Assembly (NCBI GenBank): GCA_951406725.2
Contig: OX597840.1
Location: 36,766,001 to 36,830,000, forward strand
Direction of reading: 5' to 3'
From: Octopus vulgaris
Lineage: Eukaryota
Length of the DNA: 64,000 nucleotides
Shown: positions 40,065 to 53,921 of the stretch, piece after piece
Layout of the letters: every line of letters starts with the position of its first letter
Position numbering within the stretch: the stretch's first letter is position 1
Translations under genes and position numbers: made by a program
The notes under the pieces: model-generated
Database searches by the model: none
What the model saw: only the letters and a program-made list of their open reading frames with translations
Told to the model about the DNA's origin: nothing

Positions 40065-41005
40065 GAACTTAGGCATTTGTTTACACCCACTGAAAATTTC
40101 AGATTTAGAATTCAGCATTGATTTAGAGATTTTATATCGAAAAAACCATAGCTTGTGTTTTATTTTATCCCTTAATATAAGATGTGAATTTTTCGATTAT
40201 TTTCCTCTTTATCGTATGTGGTATTGCGTTAGACTTCAAACTCTATGCGTGGCTAGTTAACTTAATAGTTTTGCTATGTGATTATCCTAGCAATTTTAAA
40301 ATTCTCCTTCACATAATGCAATATGGGTCTTCTTATCGATTATCATTTAGCATTGCAATAACTTCTGCCTCGTATATGGCATTTAATCATACATCGCTGG
40401 TCAAGCGGACAAGTTCCTGGGTCTCGACATTAACAGCTGGGTTTAGGCTCTTGGTGTTGACCTCGTGTAATAATATACTTCCTTTTGGGACAGCAGCTAT
40501 ATGATAATTTCCCAGAACACCTCTTGAATATTTTCCCGTACCTGTGATTTGCTGGAAAATGTTTGTCTAGGAGAGAAGGAATCTTTTATCTATGTTAGTT
40601 TTTACGTTAAAGATAAAAAAGAGGGGCGAACCAAATCCTTTTCCACGGTCTATTTTAAAGTCTATTATTGTTATTATTTTGAAGACTATTAGAAGGGTTA
40701 TATATTAATAGATCTTGAGAGCCACTAGGACTATTATTATTCTGGTAAGTATTAGACGGATTATATATTAATTTATCTTTAACACCACTATTGGCTGGAG
40801 CATTATCATATTAAGGGACTGCTTTCTTAAAATTTCTTTAGGGGAAGAGAGCTTAAGACATTCTGTTAGTAATATTAGCCATCAAGTTGTTAAATATTAC
40901 AGGAGGGCGACAAGACTGTTTATGTGTACAGGTGAGTTTCTCGTTAGACTTATGGAACGGTTTATAAGAGGAGTTTAGGTCTATGGAACCATCTAAAAAA
41001 TCAAC
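40065..41005 (-). mobile_element. Penelope-like element ORF relic (RT thumb, linker, GIY-YIG)
   Basis: In order: VDFLDGSIDLNSSYKPFHKSNEKLTCTHKQS; KRIWFAP; NVKTNIDKRF; LLDKHFPANHRYGKIF..KLSYSCCP; CPLDQRC; AIYEAEV; HIALCEGEF; LNSKSEIFSGCK; with frameshifts and stops. Confidence 0.85.
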
Positions 41006-41239
41006 TAAAACAGATTAGTCACTACTGTGAGTTTAAGGCTTACTTGACCGAAGGGAGAAATAAGTTGCTTCCCAAATTTATCAAGGGTGTAACTATCACA
41101 GCCATGGGAAAAGCCAGCAGTGAAAGAAAACCATATAAAAGGAGATTGCAACCACTGACGAGAATTGTCAGGATTGGTACGAGAGGACAGACGAATCCAG
41201 AATCTGTCAGCTCGCGGCACAACTGGACTCTGGTCACAC

Positions 41240-41890
41240 TGCATACTAGGTGGAAGCTTTTGGTTATCAGAAGGTGTGAGCAAAGTTGATACCCGATTCA
41301 AATGATAGAAACCTGGAAGTCCGTTCTGATTCGCTAGAAACGTTATGAGCTTTTTGTATCCCAATCAGGTGACAGGGTGGGGGAGGAAGCAAAGCCGATT
41401 TTATGATCCTGAAATGAAGCCTCAGTATATAGAATGGCGTCAAACAACTGCTTTAAGCCCTCAAATATTCAAGAGCCAGCGATTGGCGCAAAAAGTCATT
41501 GTGAAGATTATTTCTTTGTTTGAGGGTGTTATTTTCCTTAATATTCTGGAATGTAACTGAATCATGAACAGTGGAGCATTACAGAATCCATAACAAAAGA
41601 ATCATTGGACGAGAACTTGTAACACGATTCATATTCTACAAGTCGATGCTTGATCACACACCTCTTTGGAAACAAATCAGATAATCGGAAAATTAGAGTG
41701 GTAAATGGTTCCACATCCCATCCCGGATCTGACACCATTCGACATCCATCTGTTTGTTTCATAAAGGATAACCTCCGGCGACGGCGATGAAAACGAACTG
41801 AAACTGGCAGTGAAAAAGTGCGCGCAGTCGTACAACAAATCGGGACAAATGCATCAACAATGATGGAGAATGTGTTGAATGATAGAATTC
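41240..41890 (+). mobile_element. Decayed mariner transposase
   Basis: VTGWGRKQSRFYDPEMKPQYIEWRQ..PQIFKSQRLAQKVIVKI...EGVIFLNILE resembles mariner VTGDETW...YDPE.K.QS..W....PKKFK.Q.SAGKVM. Confidence 0.7.
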
Positions 41891-42196
41891 TGCAGAGGAA
41901 GAATTACTCTAGCAGAATGACCGACGTCAGATAATGGAAAAATTATGCCCAGTTTTGCATTATCTTACGTAAAACGCTCGTACATATTATATGTGCATTT
42001 GTGTTTGCGTTCACGCCACTGAATATTTTGGCAATATAAACCAATATAATAGGCACCATGCTTAGAAAGAAATAATTAAGTACCAGAGGCGGTGCTCCAG
42101 CATGGCCGCAGTCTAATGACGGAAACAAGCAAAAAACAGCTAAAAAAGATATACATATACAAATATGAACTCATTTGACGATCCAATACACATATG

Positions 42197-42227
<31 letters not shown>

Positions 42228-42569
42228 GCATTGCAGCCAAGAAACTAAATTTGGAACGCAGCAAAGCTGTATGAACAGCAGTTGATTGTTTCTCTTTACA
42301 CTTATAAGACGGAAACAAGCGGCCATCTCAACCTTTCTCTGCTTTTTTACAGTGTTGCGTTCGAAATTTACTTTCTTGCGTGTAAAATACCAAACACATT
42401 CGATGCTTCCAAAGTTTATTTCTTTATATATATATATGTATTGAAGAGGTCTTATGCCAACAAGTTTTGGGGTCTGACGATGCACCATAAAGCTAAACCT
42501 TTTATGGACGGGAAACCCAGAGTAATCCCATAAACCGACCTCCCCATTTTAAATATACCTATCTATCTA

Positions 42570-42649
<80 letters not shown>

Positions 42650-43393
42650 ACATATGTGTATAGATTTGTATATATGTTTAATACCCGCCCTATGTACGTT
42701 TATCTCTTCGTAAAGTTAGCTTTTGATCCCTCAAATATAATCGCTTGTCTACAATACATACTTTAATAAGACCAACCAATGAAAATGGCCAAACACGTCA
42801 AGTGGACCAAAACTTCTGTATACACAAATAATTCGATGTACCTATGCAAAATCATAACAGACTCTACACACCTCTGACAAGGCTGTGTACCGAACAATAC
42901 GTTTTGGCACGAAAACAATAAAAACAGACCATAATTGTATATATATTCACACAGATATACACTCACCTGCTTACTCACACACATATATAATATGCTATAC
43001 TGCATATTTAAAAAAAATATGTATATTAGGATTTATTTTTCTATGTGCCGCTGCTTATATCGTACATGCATATATACACATATCTATCTCAATACGTCTA
43101 TCTATCTATATCTTTGAAATCCCCCACAGACACACACAAATACACCAAATAAGTAAATTCTGTGTCCCTTTGTGCTGGAGATTATTAAAAAAAAAATATC
43201 TCGACTGAATCACATATGTTATTGTTAATCCTTCGTTTTTCTAATCCGCTTTCACTGTTTACTCTAAGACAACTGTCTGTTCTGTATTGGTGGACTTAGT
43301 ACACAGACGTGTATTTACGTATTCTCTCTTGTCTATTGTTTTCTTGTGTGTTTGTTTTTGTTGCTCGTTGTATTTCATTGTCTTTTTCATATC

Positions 43394-43426
<33 letters not shown>

Positions 43427-44375
43427 GTTGTTGTTGTTATCACTGTTGCTGCTTTTATTTTGGTAGTTTTTTTTTGTTGTTTTGGTATTTTGTTAGATTT
43501 TATCCTCGCCTACGAAACTAAAATAAATATTCGTATTTATTTCTTTTTCTGAACTAAATATTGACGTGTTGTTGTTGTTGCTATCTTGGTTGTAAGGTGA
43601 AAGGTGTTCCGCATATTTTCAATCCATCTAGTTGCCAATAGGTACCACGCTGGGGGTACTGTTTACTACAAGCTAACCGTACCTTTCTCTTTCTCTCTCT
43701 CTCTTCCTCATCCAGTCTGGGTGTGTGTGTGTGTGTGTGTGTTTGTGTGTTTGTCAGTCAGTCCCCTCTGTGTCTGTCTGTCTGCCTGCTTGTATTTCTC
43801 TGCTGATAACTATTTATGGAGACCTGTTCTGCGGTAAATAGCAGATGCGGAACGAGTCAAAAGTCAGTGAAGAAGGAGGAATGTTGCCCAAGGCAGGTTT
43901 TTCTTGGACTACGAACAGCACAGTTGGTGCCATTTGCAGTCGCCTGAACTGGTATTGAGAGTAATTGTCGCTCTGATATAATTCCATAGAACCCAGATGT
44001 AAAATAATGAGAAAGGGGAGAAGAAGGGAGGGAGGTCTGAGGAGGGACAGAATACGAGGAAGAAGAAGACGAAAAAGAAGAGGAAGGAGAAGAAGAGGAA
44101 GGAGAAGAAGAGGACGGAGAGTAGTAGCAGGAGGGCTGCAAAGACTCAAAGAATGAGACGAAGAATTTGTGTTTGCCAATACTGTGTGGTTTGGTCCATT
44201 CCCAAAAGTTGCCTTTTATTGCAATCAGATAAAGACTTCAAAACAACAGAATTCTTAAGAATTAAAGAAAATGTGTGTGTATGTGTGTATTTGTGCGTGC
44301 GTGTGTGTGTGCGAGTGTGTGTGTGTTTACGTGTGTGTGTACATGTACGCATAAATATACAAACGTGAGCATACT

Positions 44376-44409
<34 letters not shown>

Positions 44410-44473
44410 TTATACATATATTTATACATACGTATTCTTAGGCGCTCATATATACGCACGCGCGCACACAATT

Positions 44474-44507
<34 letters not shown>

Positions 44508-44822
44508 GTATGTATGTATATATGTATGTGCATGTGTGTGTGAATGTGTGTGTGTGTATTTATTCTCTTCTTAATTATTTAAATTCTTCTTCTGAGGAAG
44601 TAGATGGTTTCTAACAAAGACACAAAGCTCCCTCGTTGGAATGTTGATAAAAACAAAGTCAACTGTAAGAAATGTCTTGCATACTTTTACTCTTCCACTT
44701 ACAGATGGTACGGACTGACAAGCAGACAGACAGAAACACACACACACATGAATATATATATATAAATTTGGCTATATTTACAATACGTTTCAGGTTGAAT
44801 ATCTTCCTCTAACATGATTGTA

Positions 44823-45207
44823 TCTCTCTCTATATAAACGGCAGTTTGTCTGTGCGTGTTTCTGTGTGTCTGTTTGCTTGTACCCTCACCCTGACCACGG
44901 CTTTCAACCGATTCTGATGAAACTTGACACACACATAGCCCAATGTCATAATTCAAAACTAACGCAGCGAAAATTTTGAAAACTTCCCCCAGTTCTGAAA
45001 AAAATCGATAAATTCGACATGGGGTCGAGAATCAGAAACATGAACCACAAACTGTCTAGGGGACGCAACTCCACCTTTTTTAAATCTCAAAAAAAAATCT
45101 ACCATCATTTTTTTCCATTTTTTTGCTGTTTTTTGGCTATAACTCTCTAAAAATGATTTATAGTTATTTCCCTTACAAACCTGAGCAACGCCGGGCGATA
45201 CTGCTAG
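44823..45207 (+). mobile_element. Non-autonomous Helitron-type element
   Basis: A|TC start (TCTCTCTCTATATAAA), short GTCT/GT tract, subterminal hairpin CCTGAGCAACGCCGGG, CTAG|T end, no target-site duplication. Confidence 0.75.
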
Positions 45208-45508
45208 TGTATGTATAAATGTAGGTTTGTATGTATGTATGTATGTCTGTGTGCTTGTCCCAACACTTGATATTTGTTGTTGGCCTGTTTACGTCCCTGT
45301 AACTTAGCGGTTTTGCACTAGAGAATGACAGAATTAGGACCGGGGTCAGTTTGTTCGAATAAAACTGGTCAGAGCAGTGGCCATAGCATGAACCAAGAAA
45401 AGGATGAGAGAACATGTATGTATGTATGTATGTATGTATGTATATATGTGAGTGAGTGAGTGAGTGAGTGAGTGAGTGAGTGAGTGAGTGAGTGTGTGTG
45501 TGTGTGTG

Positions 45509-45541
<33 letters not shown>

Positions 45542-45563
45542 TCTTTTATTTGTTTCAGCACCG

Positions 45564-45594
<31 letters not shown>

Positions 45595-45814
45595 TGTATA
45601 CAAGGGGTCCTGAAAAGAATCACGAAGAGCATGGCTGGCAGCCCAACCTTCCGAGTTATTTTACAGGGCTTACAAAACCTGAAAGACAGCTGTAATAAGT
45701 GAGTGACTATGAGAGGGAATTATGTCGAATGGAATCATAATTAACTGAACCAAGCATGTATGGCTGTTCACAGACCGAACACTTCGCCGATGCTTATTTC
45801 AGTAATGGTTTTAA

Positions 45815-45947
45815 GGTGCAGGCGTGGTCGTGTGATAAGAAACTTGCTTCCCAACCACACGGTTCCGGGTTCAGTCCCACTACGTGGCACCTTGGGCAAG
45901 TGTCTTCTACTATAGCCTCGGGCCGACCAAAGCCTTGAGAAACCCAC

Positions 45948-46012
<65 letters not shown>

Positions 46013-46240
46013 ATGTATGTATATATATATGTATGTGTGTGTGTGTGTGTGTATCTGTTTATCTCTCCCCCACCGTCGCTTGACAAACATGTTGGTGTGT
46101 TTATGCCCCCATAGCTTAGCGGTTCAGCAAAAGAGTCCGATAGACCAGGCTTACAAAGAATAAGTCGGTTTGTTCGACTAATAGGCGGTGCTACAGCATG
46201 GCCGCAGTCAAATGACTAAAACGAGTAAAAGAATAAAAGA
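45815..46240 (+). mobile_element. SINE family A, full length with internal (TG)n
   Basis: GGTGCAGGCGTGG..GGTTCCGGGTTCAGTCCC..GGCGGTGCTACAGCATGGCCGCAGTCAAATGACT..TAAAAGAATAAAAGA. Confidence 0.9.
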
Positions 46241-46441
46241 ATTAGTTTAGTGTGGAGGAGAGGAACATCAGTGGAGGAACCACGGAACGAGCAGAGGAAT
46301 GGAGGCTGGAGGCTGTCGGAGCAGGAGGGGTGGGAATAGATAGTGGAACAGCGGCTTTTGCTCTTACTTTACATGTCGAACCGAAACGAACGATGCTTTG
46401 CATTCTGTTCGACCACCGAACAGTTCCGAAAATCGAGCGCT

Positions 46442-46800
46442 AGACACACACACACACATTCACACACAAACACAGACACACACACATTCACACACAAACA
46501 CAGACACACACACATTCACACACAAACATAGACACACACACATTCACACACAAACACAGACACACACATTCACACACAAACACATACACACACATTCACA
46601 CACACACACAAACACATACACACATACACACAAACACACACACACATACACACACACAAACACATACACACAAACACACACACGCACACAAACACACACA
46701 CGCACACACACGCACACACACAAACACACACACACAAACACACACACACACACAAACACATACACACATACACACACACACACAAATATATATATGTATT
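46442..46800. repeat. CA-rich minisatellite (about 28-bp unit CACATTCACACACAAACACAGACACACA) grading into (CA)n
   Basis: Direct reading. Confidence 0.85.
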
Positions 46801-48251
46801 CACACATACAAACATATGTATATACAGATATACACACACGCACATATACGTATATATACACATATATATATACATACATACATGCATGAGTGCATACATA
46901 CATTTACACAAGCACACCTACTGATACGCACACACACACACACACACAGACACACATGTATACATTCACGAACATACTCATTCATATATACACCCACACT
47001 CATATACCCCACTCAGACATAAACATATTGAAATGTACCCTGCTACCCGACCCACCCGCTTGCCTCCTGACCGAGCACCAGCACAGCCACCCGTCCAGCT
47101 ACCGAACCAAAACTATTTATTGTTTCATCTGAGTCTTTTATCTAATTCTTCCTCTGATCTTTGCAATGGCCATATTTGGTTCTTCTTTGTCTTCTGCCGA
47201 TTCTCTCTCTCTCTCACCCCTCCCCCTCTCTCTCTCGCTCTTTTCTTCTCTCTCTCTCTCTCTCTCACTTTTCTTCTCTCTCTTTATCATTTGCTGTCTT
47301 CTTCTCTTGCTCTCCTTCTCTTCCTTCTTTCCTTCATTGAAGTCTGAAGCCGAAACTGGGTGGCGAGTTGCGGTTTGAATGGAAAAAATTAATAAACAAA
47401 AACATTAAGAAAACACACATACACACACACAGCTATAACTATAATAGCAACAAAATATACCTCCATATACACATAAATATATTCAGAGAAACAAAATACA
47501 ACAAAAAGAAACATAACTAATGTAACACTCAGAGAATAACCGTAAAAGAAAAGTCAATTATACAGCGTCTAGTATTCATACATACATAGATACGTACAAG
47601 CACACAGAGACACACACACACATATGCATATATATTTTCACATAAATACACATACGTATATATATATGCATATATATATATATATGCATAAAACACGTAG
47701 ATACATGGACACTCGCACACAAATATATATATAAATTCAGCGAGATACATATACGTATATATTATACACACATACATACAAAGACACACACACACACACA
47801 AGAAATGGCAAAACTGGACACAATATATAATGTATTTATAGAGGAGAAATTAATTAAAATATAAACATATACACACACTCACACATACATATATGTACAT
47901 ACGCAGAGAACAACAAAATCGCACCTGCTTATATACACATATACACAGGGGCAGTCACTCACAAAATAATTGCTTTGTTATTAGCAGAGCCGTGACATAA
48001 GTGACACGAAGACCTCGAGTTTTGCACCAAAGCACTTATGAAAACAGATATGGGCCCTTGTAAGGACCATGAAACCCCTTGGCTTCTAATTCAATAATAA
48101 GTACGGATGTATTATATAGATTCATTATATTCTGTCATATTGTTCCAGCTGAAAGGCTGTGTACTAGCACATGCATACATACTTGCATATACACACACGA
48201 CATACATATGTGTATATATATATACGTATATGTACAGACTTACATCTACGC

Positions 48252-48293
<42 letters not shown>

Positions 48294-48299
48294 GTGGGC

Positions 48300-48470
48300 A
48301 CAGGACGACGTCATGAAACGTGTACAACAAAAGCTACGAAGTACGAATACATGGAACATGAATCATTCGTTCGAACAACGAAAGACACAAATGGAAAACA
48401 AAACAAGCAACATAAAGAACGACCCTTCATCAGTTGTTGGCTGTTTTTCTAGTCTCGTATTTCGAGCATT
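48300..48470 (-). mobile_element. Second copy of the repeat at 31690-31862
   Basis: GACCCTTCATCAGTTG shared motif with flanking similarity. Confidence 0.6.
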
Positions 48471-49094
48471 TAACAACAATATACACTTTCGATATAACAG
48501 TTGCTACCGCAAAGCAAATTATATATAATTTGGGATTTTGCGGAAAGCAAAAATAGTTAACAGAAAGAGGAGAGTGAAAAAAACACAGGTAGGGCTGCTA
48601 AGCCTAAACGTGGTTGTGGTGGCGAACGCGTAAATCAAGCTAGTACAGGAGACTAAAAAGCACACGTCTTCCTTGTTCCCGCTACAACGAAGAGAAAGAA
48701 AGATGGCCGATGGTCACGTGGGAGCCACGTGAGTAAAGGAGGAGAAGTGAGGGAGAGAGGGTGACAGAGTAATGGGATAGAATAGTGGGAGAAGAGTAGG
48801 TAAAAGAATAAAAGAGGAAAAAGGAAGAGTAAAAAGATCGTATAGAGGGCGCTTCAGAATGACGAAGATAAAGAGTGGCGTTCAATCATAAAATAAATAA
48901 TCGGATTATTACACCCACGAATAATGTTAACAAGTGGTTATTGTTATCAGAATTAGGTGAATCTAAACACAGTCAATCGATATTGTTATCTAAATCATTC
49001 TTTACTTGAAGTATCCACACACTAAGACCACCTCTGAATGTGCGAGGTATGTGGGTGTGTGAATGCATATATATATATATACATATATATATTC

Positions 49095-49474
49095 TTTTAA
49101 TCTTTCTTTTATTTGTTTCAGTCATTTGGCTGTGGTCATGCTGGAGCACCGCCTTTAGTCGAACAAATCGACACCAGATTCTTTGTCAGCCTATTATTCT
49201 ATCGGTATCTTTGCCGAACCGCTAAGTTACGGGGACGTCAACACACCAACATCGGTTGTCAAGGGATGGTTGGGGACAAACAGAGACACACAAATACACG
49301 CGCACACACATACATATATATATATACGATGGGTTTCTTTCAGTTTGCGTCTACCAAATCCACTCACAAGGCTTTGGTCGACCTGGGGCTATAGTAGAAG
49401 ACACTTGCTCAAGGTGCCACGCAGTGGGACTTCACCCGGAACCATGTGGTTGGTAAGCAAGCTACTTACCACAC
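49095..49474 (-). mobile_element. SINE family A
   Basis: Reverse-complement match to 45815-46240. Confidence 0.9.
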
Positions 49475-50204
49475 ACATATATATCTATAACGTAGAAAAA
49501 TACAGTCATATCAAATATCATGCAACGCATATTCCTGGCTTGTGAAAATTGTCTGGAAATCTATGGAAAAACGTCATATTTAGCAAATGTCAATTCGGTT
49601 ATTGTTATTTAGCAAGTGACAAAAGGATAGATTATATCAGGAGTCAAGAATTCTCCAATGCTGTCATGTTATGAAGACAAAGGGACGGCTTTATTGACCA
49701 GAGATCAGAGAACATTGGTGGAGATGTGCTTTTGGATAAACAGACGTCATCAGGGTGACAGTTGTCCAGTCTTAACTGTTAGGATGTATAGGTTCACTGA
49801 TTTGGTGCTTTCGGGGTTTTCGCCCGGGTGAGATATTCTTACTCAGTTCAGTTGACTTAAACGTGATGTAGCACCTTTCCCAAAAATAACGCCCGCTCAG
49901 GGAATCTAACTCAAAATCTCGAGATTTTGTTCGCAACACACTAAGCACAAGGCCACGTACTTTCACAAATACCACACATTGGCAAATATGCTGGCCTAGC
50001 CAAAAAGCAGTAGATCATTGGCAAAGACATAGTACCGCATTTGTTCCGGGTTTCTACGTTCTGATTTCAAATCCCATTGACAGTAACTTTGCTTTGCATC
50101 CCTCCAGGATGTGAGGTTAATGAAATAAAGTACCAGTCATTTATTGAGACTAATTTTAATCGACCAACACCCATCCTGCAATCTCTGTCCTCGTGTCAAA
50201 ATTG

Positions 50205-50235
<31 letters not shown>

Positions 50236-50444
50236 TATATAGAGAGAGCTGTGTGCAATGTGTTCAAAATCTGACTAGGGTGTTATAAAACCTACATTGC
50301 TAAAGATAAGAACTAAAATGCTCGAATGCTGCGGTTAAAGCACATAATTGTATACATATATACTGACAGGGGCTGTAATCGCCCGAATACAACGGTCGAG
50401 AATTATGTATATATATATATATATGTATGTATGTATGTATATAG

Positions 50445-50549
50445 TGAGAATTTACAAAAAACAAAAGACGAAGACGGGTGTGTAAACAGCAAACAGATGA
50501 ATTAGTTTAACGTTCGGGAAGTAAAAAAGTCTTTTACGTTTCGAGCCTA
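50445..50549 (-). mobile_element. Truncated relative of the 38424-38604 element (3' half of hammerhead only)
   Basis: AGTCTTTTACGTTTCGAGCCTA = reverse complement of TAGGCTCGAAACGTAAAAGACT. Confidence 0.7.
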
Positions 50550-50609
50550 ATATCTTTGATCTTTTACGGGTTTCAGCCAGAGGTTGAGGCCATGCTGGTG
50601 CACCGCCTA

Positions 50610-51425
50610 TACTGCATCGGGGGATTTTCCCAGTAATCCTTCTGGTGAAGTAGAGTTGCTGCACATCTTTGTGCTTCCTGCGAGCGATGTATTGCAGATA
50701 AAAAAAATGTCTAGAGGTTTTTGAAGACTTCTATGTATACACCTAGCAGATCCCTGATGTTCTGTGGTAGGGTATTAAAACCTTGTGGTCCCTTGAATCT
50801 TTATGTATATGCATGTATGTGTGCGTGTGTGAGTGCTCATGCACAGTTGAGCTGCTGTTCTAGTACCCAGTCAAAGTGCTGTGGCAGCTGTGCGAGGCAG
50901 TTCCTTCCAGGACGGAAGTCATGTTGCGTGACCGGAAACATGTTATTTTCTTCTTGCAAAGTGCTCAGTCTTTTTCTGACAATGCGTCACATGATCTTGC
51001 TGACATATGAGGCCAGAGAGATAGGCCTGTAGTTTTTAGCCACAGCTCTGCTTTCTCCTTTGTGGACAGGGCAGATTATTCCTTCTTTTAAATTTGAGGA
51101 AATGTACCGCATTCAATGGAACTCTGGGAAAGCTTTTGCAGTGGTTTTGCAAGAGATTTCTTGCATGTTTTTAACAGAATTTCTGGGAGTCCATCGAGGC
51201 ATGTTGCAGAGTTTGGGTTTATCTCATCAATGGCCGACAATGCATCCCCTTCTATAATGTCAATGTAATTGATGGTCAACCTCATGATGATGCGTATTTT
51301 CACGTTTTCTAGTGGGGACGTGAAACACTTTGGAATCGTTTATTGAGTGCTTCACTTATGCTCTTGGGGTCTGCAGTCAGTGAGCCCTTTGCATCAAACA
51401 ACGGCCCTATACTGTCTCGCACTGA
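50610..51425 (-). mobile_element. Decayed CR1-group LINE ORF2 fragment (pre-RT and RT N-terminus)
   Basis: [23 protein letters not shown]; AIDEINPNSATCLDGLPEILLKTCKKSLAKPL; PVHKGESRAVAKNYRPISLAS; QHDFRPGRNCLAQL; frameshifted. Confidence 0.85.
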
Positions 51426-51459
51426 CATATATATATATATATATATACACACACATGCG

Positions 51460-51500
<41 letters not shown>

Positions 51501-51539
51501 CACACATGCGATATATATATATATATACACACACATGCG

Positions 51540-51580
<41 letters not shown>

Positions 51581-51619
51581 CACACATGCGATATATATAT
51601 ATATATATACACACACATG

Positions 51620-51663
<44 letters not shown>

Positions 51664-51691
51664 GCGATATATATATATATATATACATGCG

Positions 51692-51722
<31 letters not shown>

Positions 51723-52063
51723 CACATATACATGCGATATATATATACATATATATACATGCGATATATATATATATATACATACATATATATATACACA
51801 TACACATATACATACATATACATATACACATACACATATACATGCGATATATATATATACATATATATACATGCGATATATATATATATACATACATATA
51901 CATATATATATATATATACATACATATACATATATATATATATACATGCGATATATATATATATATACATACATATAGATATATATATATATATACATGC
52001 GATACGTATATATGTATACATATATATACACACACACACACGATATATGTATATATATGTATA

Positions 52064-52100
<37 letters not shown>
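51426..52100. repeat. (TA)n array punctuated by a recurring ACATGCGA motif
   Basis: CATGCGA recurs more than ten times, separated by variable TA runs. Confidence 0.9.
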
Positions 52101-52109
<9 letters not shown>

Positions 52110-52625
52110 TATCTATATCTATATGTATGAAGAGATATAATGATGTCTACACCACACGCATACTGCCGCCCACTCACACGCCTGCGCCCACACACGCACA
52201 CATGTTCCTTGCGAGTTGTCGACCATAAAAGGCTGCTGATTAATATAACAAAAAGGTCAAGAAATGGCGGAATATCGGAATGTTAGAAATCAATAGCTTA
52301 GAGAGAGAGAGAGAGAGAGGGAGGGGGAGGCGAGGGTGTACATAGGGGGCGAGGGTAGAGGGAATGGGGACGAGGGGTGGAGGTGGGGGTCATGATGTTA
52401 ACGTTTGTTTGCTCGCTAGCTTGGTTGCTTGGTTATCTGTGTGTGTATGTGTGTGTCTGTGTGTCGCCGCGAGTGGCTGTAGGCTTTTGTCCCTATGTAT
52501 GCCTGTGACCGTGTGCGCGTCTCCGTAAATACATACCTACACACACACACCTATATATATATATATATATATATATGAATATATATATATATCGATAGAT
52601 AAATATACAATTCTATATGTAAGAA

Positions 52626-52657
<32 letters not shown>

Positions 52658-52882
52658 TTATAGATTTATATATGGAAGTTTATGTATATATATGTGAGTG
52701 TATATATACATACATGTATATGTGTGTGTGTGTGTGTGAGTACTTGAATGTGTGTGCCTCCATGTTCAAAGTGTGTGTGTATGTGTGTGTGTGTGTAATT
52801 AGAGTGGCAGAATGGTGGTGGAGGTATAGGGTGGGTGGTAAAAGCAACAGAACTGGAATAGACGCAAGAGAGAGGGAGAGAA

Positions 52883-52915
<33 letters not shown>

Positions 52916-53078
52916 GAGAAAGGCCACATCGATAGAGCAACAACAACAACAACAAAATCGAGGAATTTGAAAAGTCTGACCAAAAGAATGGTATTGCGTT
53001 TGGACTATTGTGATATGCTGTTTGTTCTGATTCCAGCTTAATTGTTATCTTTGCCGTTGTTCTTGCTATTGGCATCGC

Positions 53079-53109
<31 letters not shown>

Positions 53110-53484
53110 GTTATTATTGTTATTGTTATTGTTGTTGTTGTTATCATTATTGTTCTTCTTATTACAACTCTGCTGCGTTCCGTTATTATTAATATTATTA
53201 ACTATTTCATTCCGTTTGCTCAAGCTAATGGCTGGTCTGTAATTACAGCATCACAACTATTGGTGCTTATAGCTGCATGAATGAATGGGCAGTAGCGGCG
53301 ATGGTGGCGATGGTGGCATTGTTGTTGTTGTTGGTGGTGGTTTTGAACAGAAAGGCGAGGAGTGTAGAGTGAGAGAGAAAGAGAGAGAGTGTGTATGAGG
53401 GGAGAGAGAAAGAGAAATGAATTGAGATATATCTTACAGAGAGAGGAAGCGGTTCATGAATAAGTGGAGTGAAATGATTTGATA

Positions 53485-53542
<58 letters not shown>

Positions 53543-53856
53543 GTATAAATGCATATATACACACACATATATATACATATGTATATACATACATATAAAT
53601 ATTATATATATATATATATATACTTATACACACACATATATATATATATCCTTATACACACACATATATATATATCCTTATATATATATACATACGTATG
53701 CTTATATAAATATATATACACATATACTCATATACAGATATATATGAATACATACTCACATGCATGCACACATACATATATGTGCACGAAGAAAGTGAAA
53801 GAGAGAGAGTATGAAGAAATAGAAAATATAGGCTGGTTTAGGAAGTGATAATTAAA

Positions 53857-53921
<65 letters not shown>

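Noticed and set aside
43830-44000. Complex-sequence island that might be an exon
   Set aside because: No recognisable peptide or consistent splice pair; cannot be excluded without RNA-seq.
44910-44925. CTGATGAAAC as a hammerhead core
   Set aside because: No helix II between the motifs; it lies inside the Helitron-type element.
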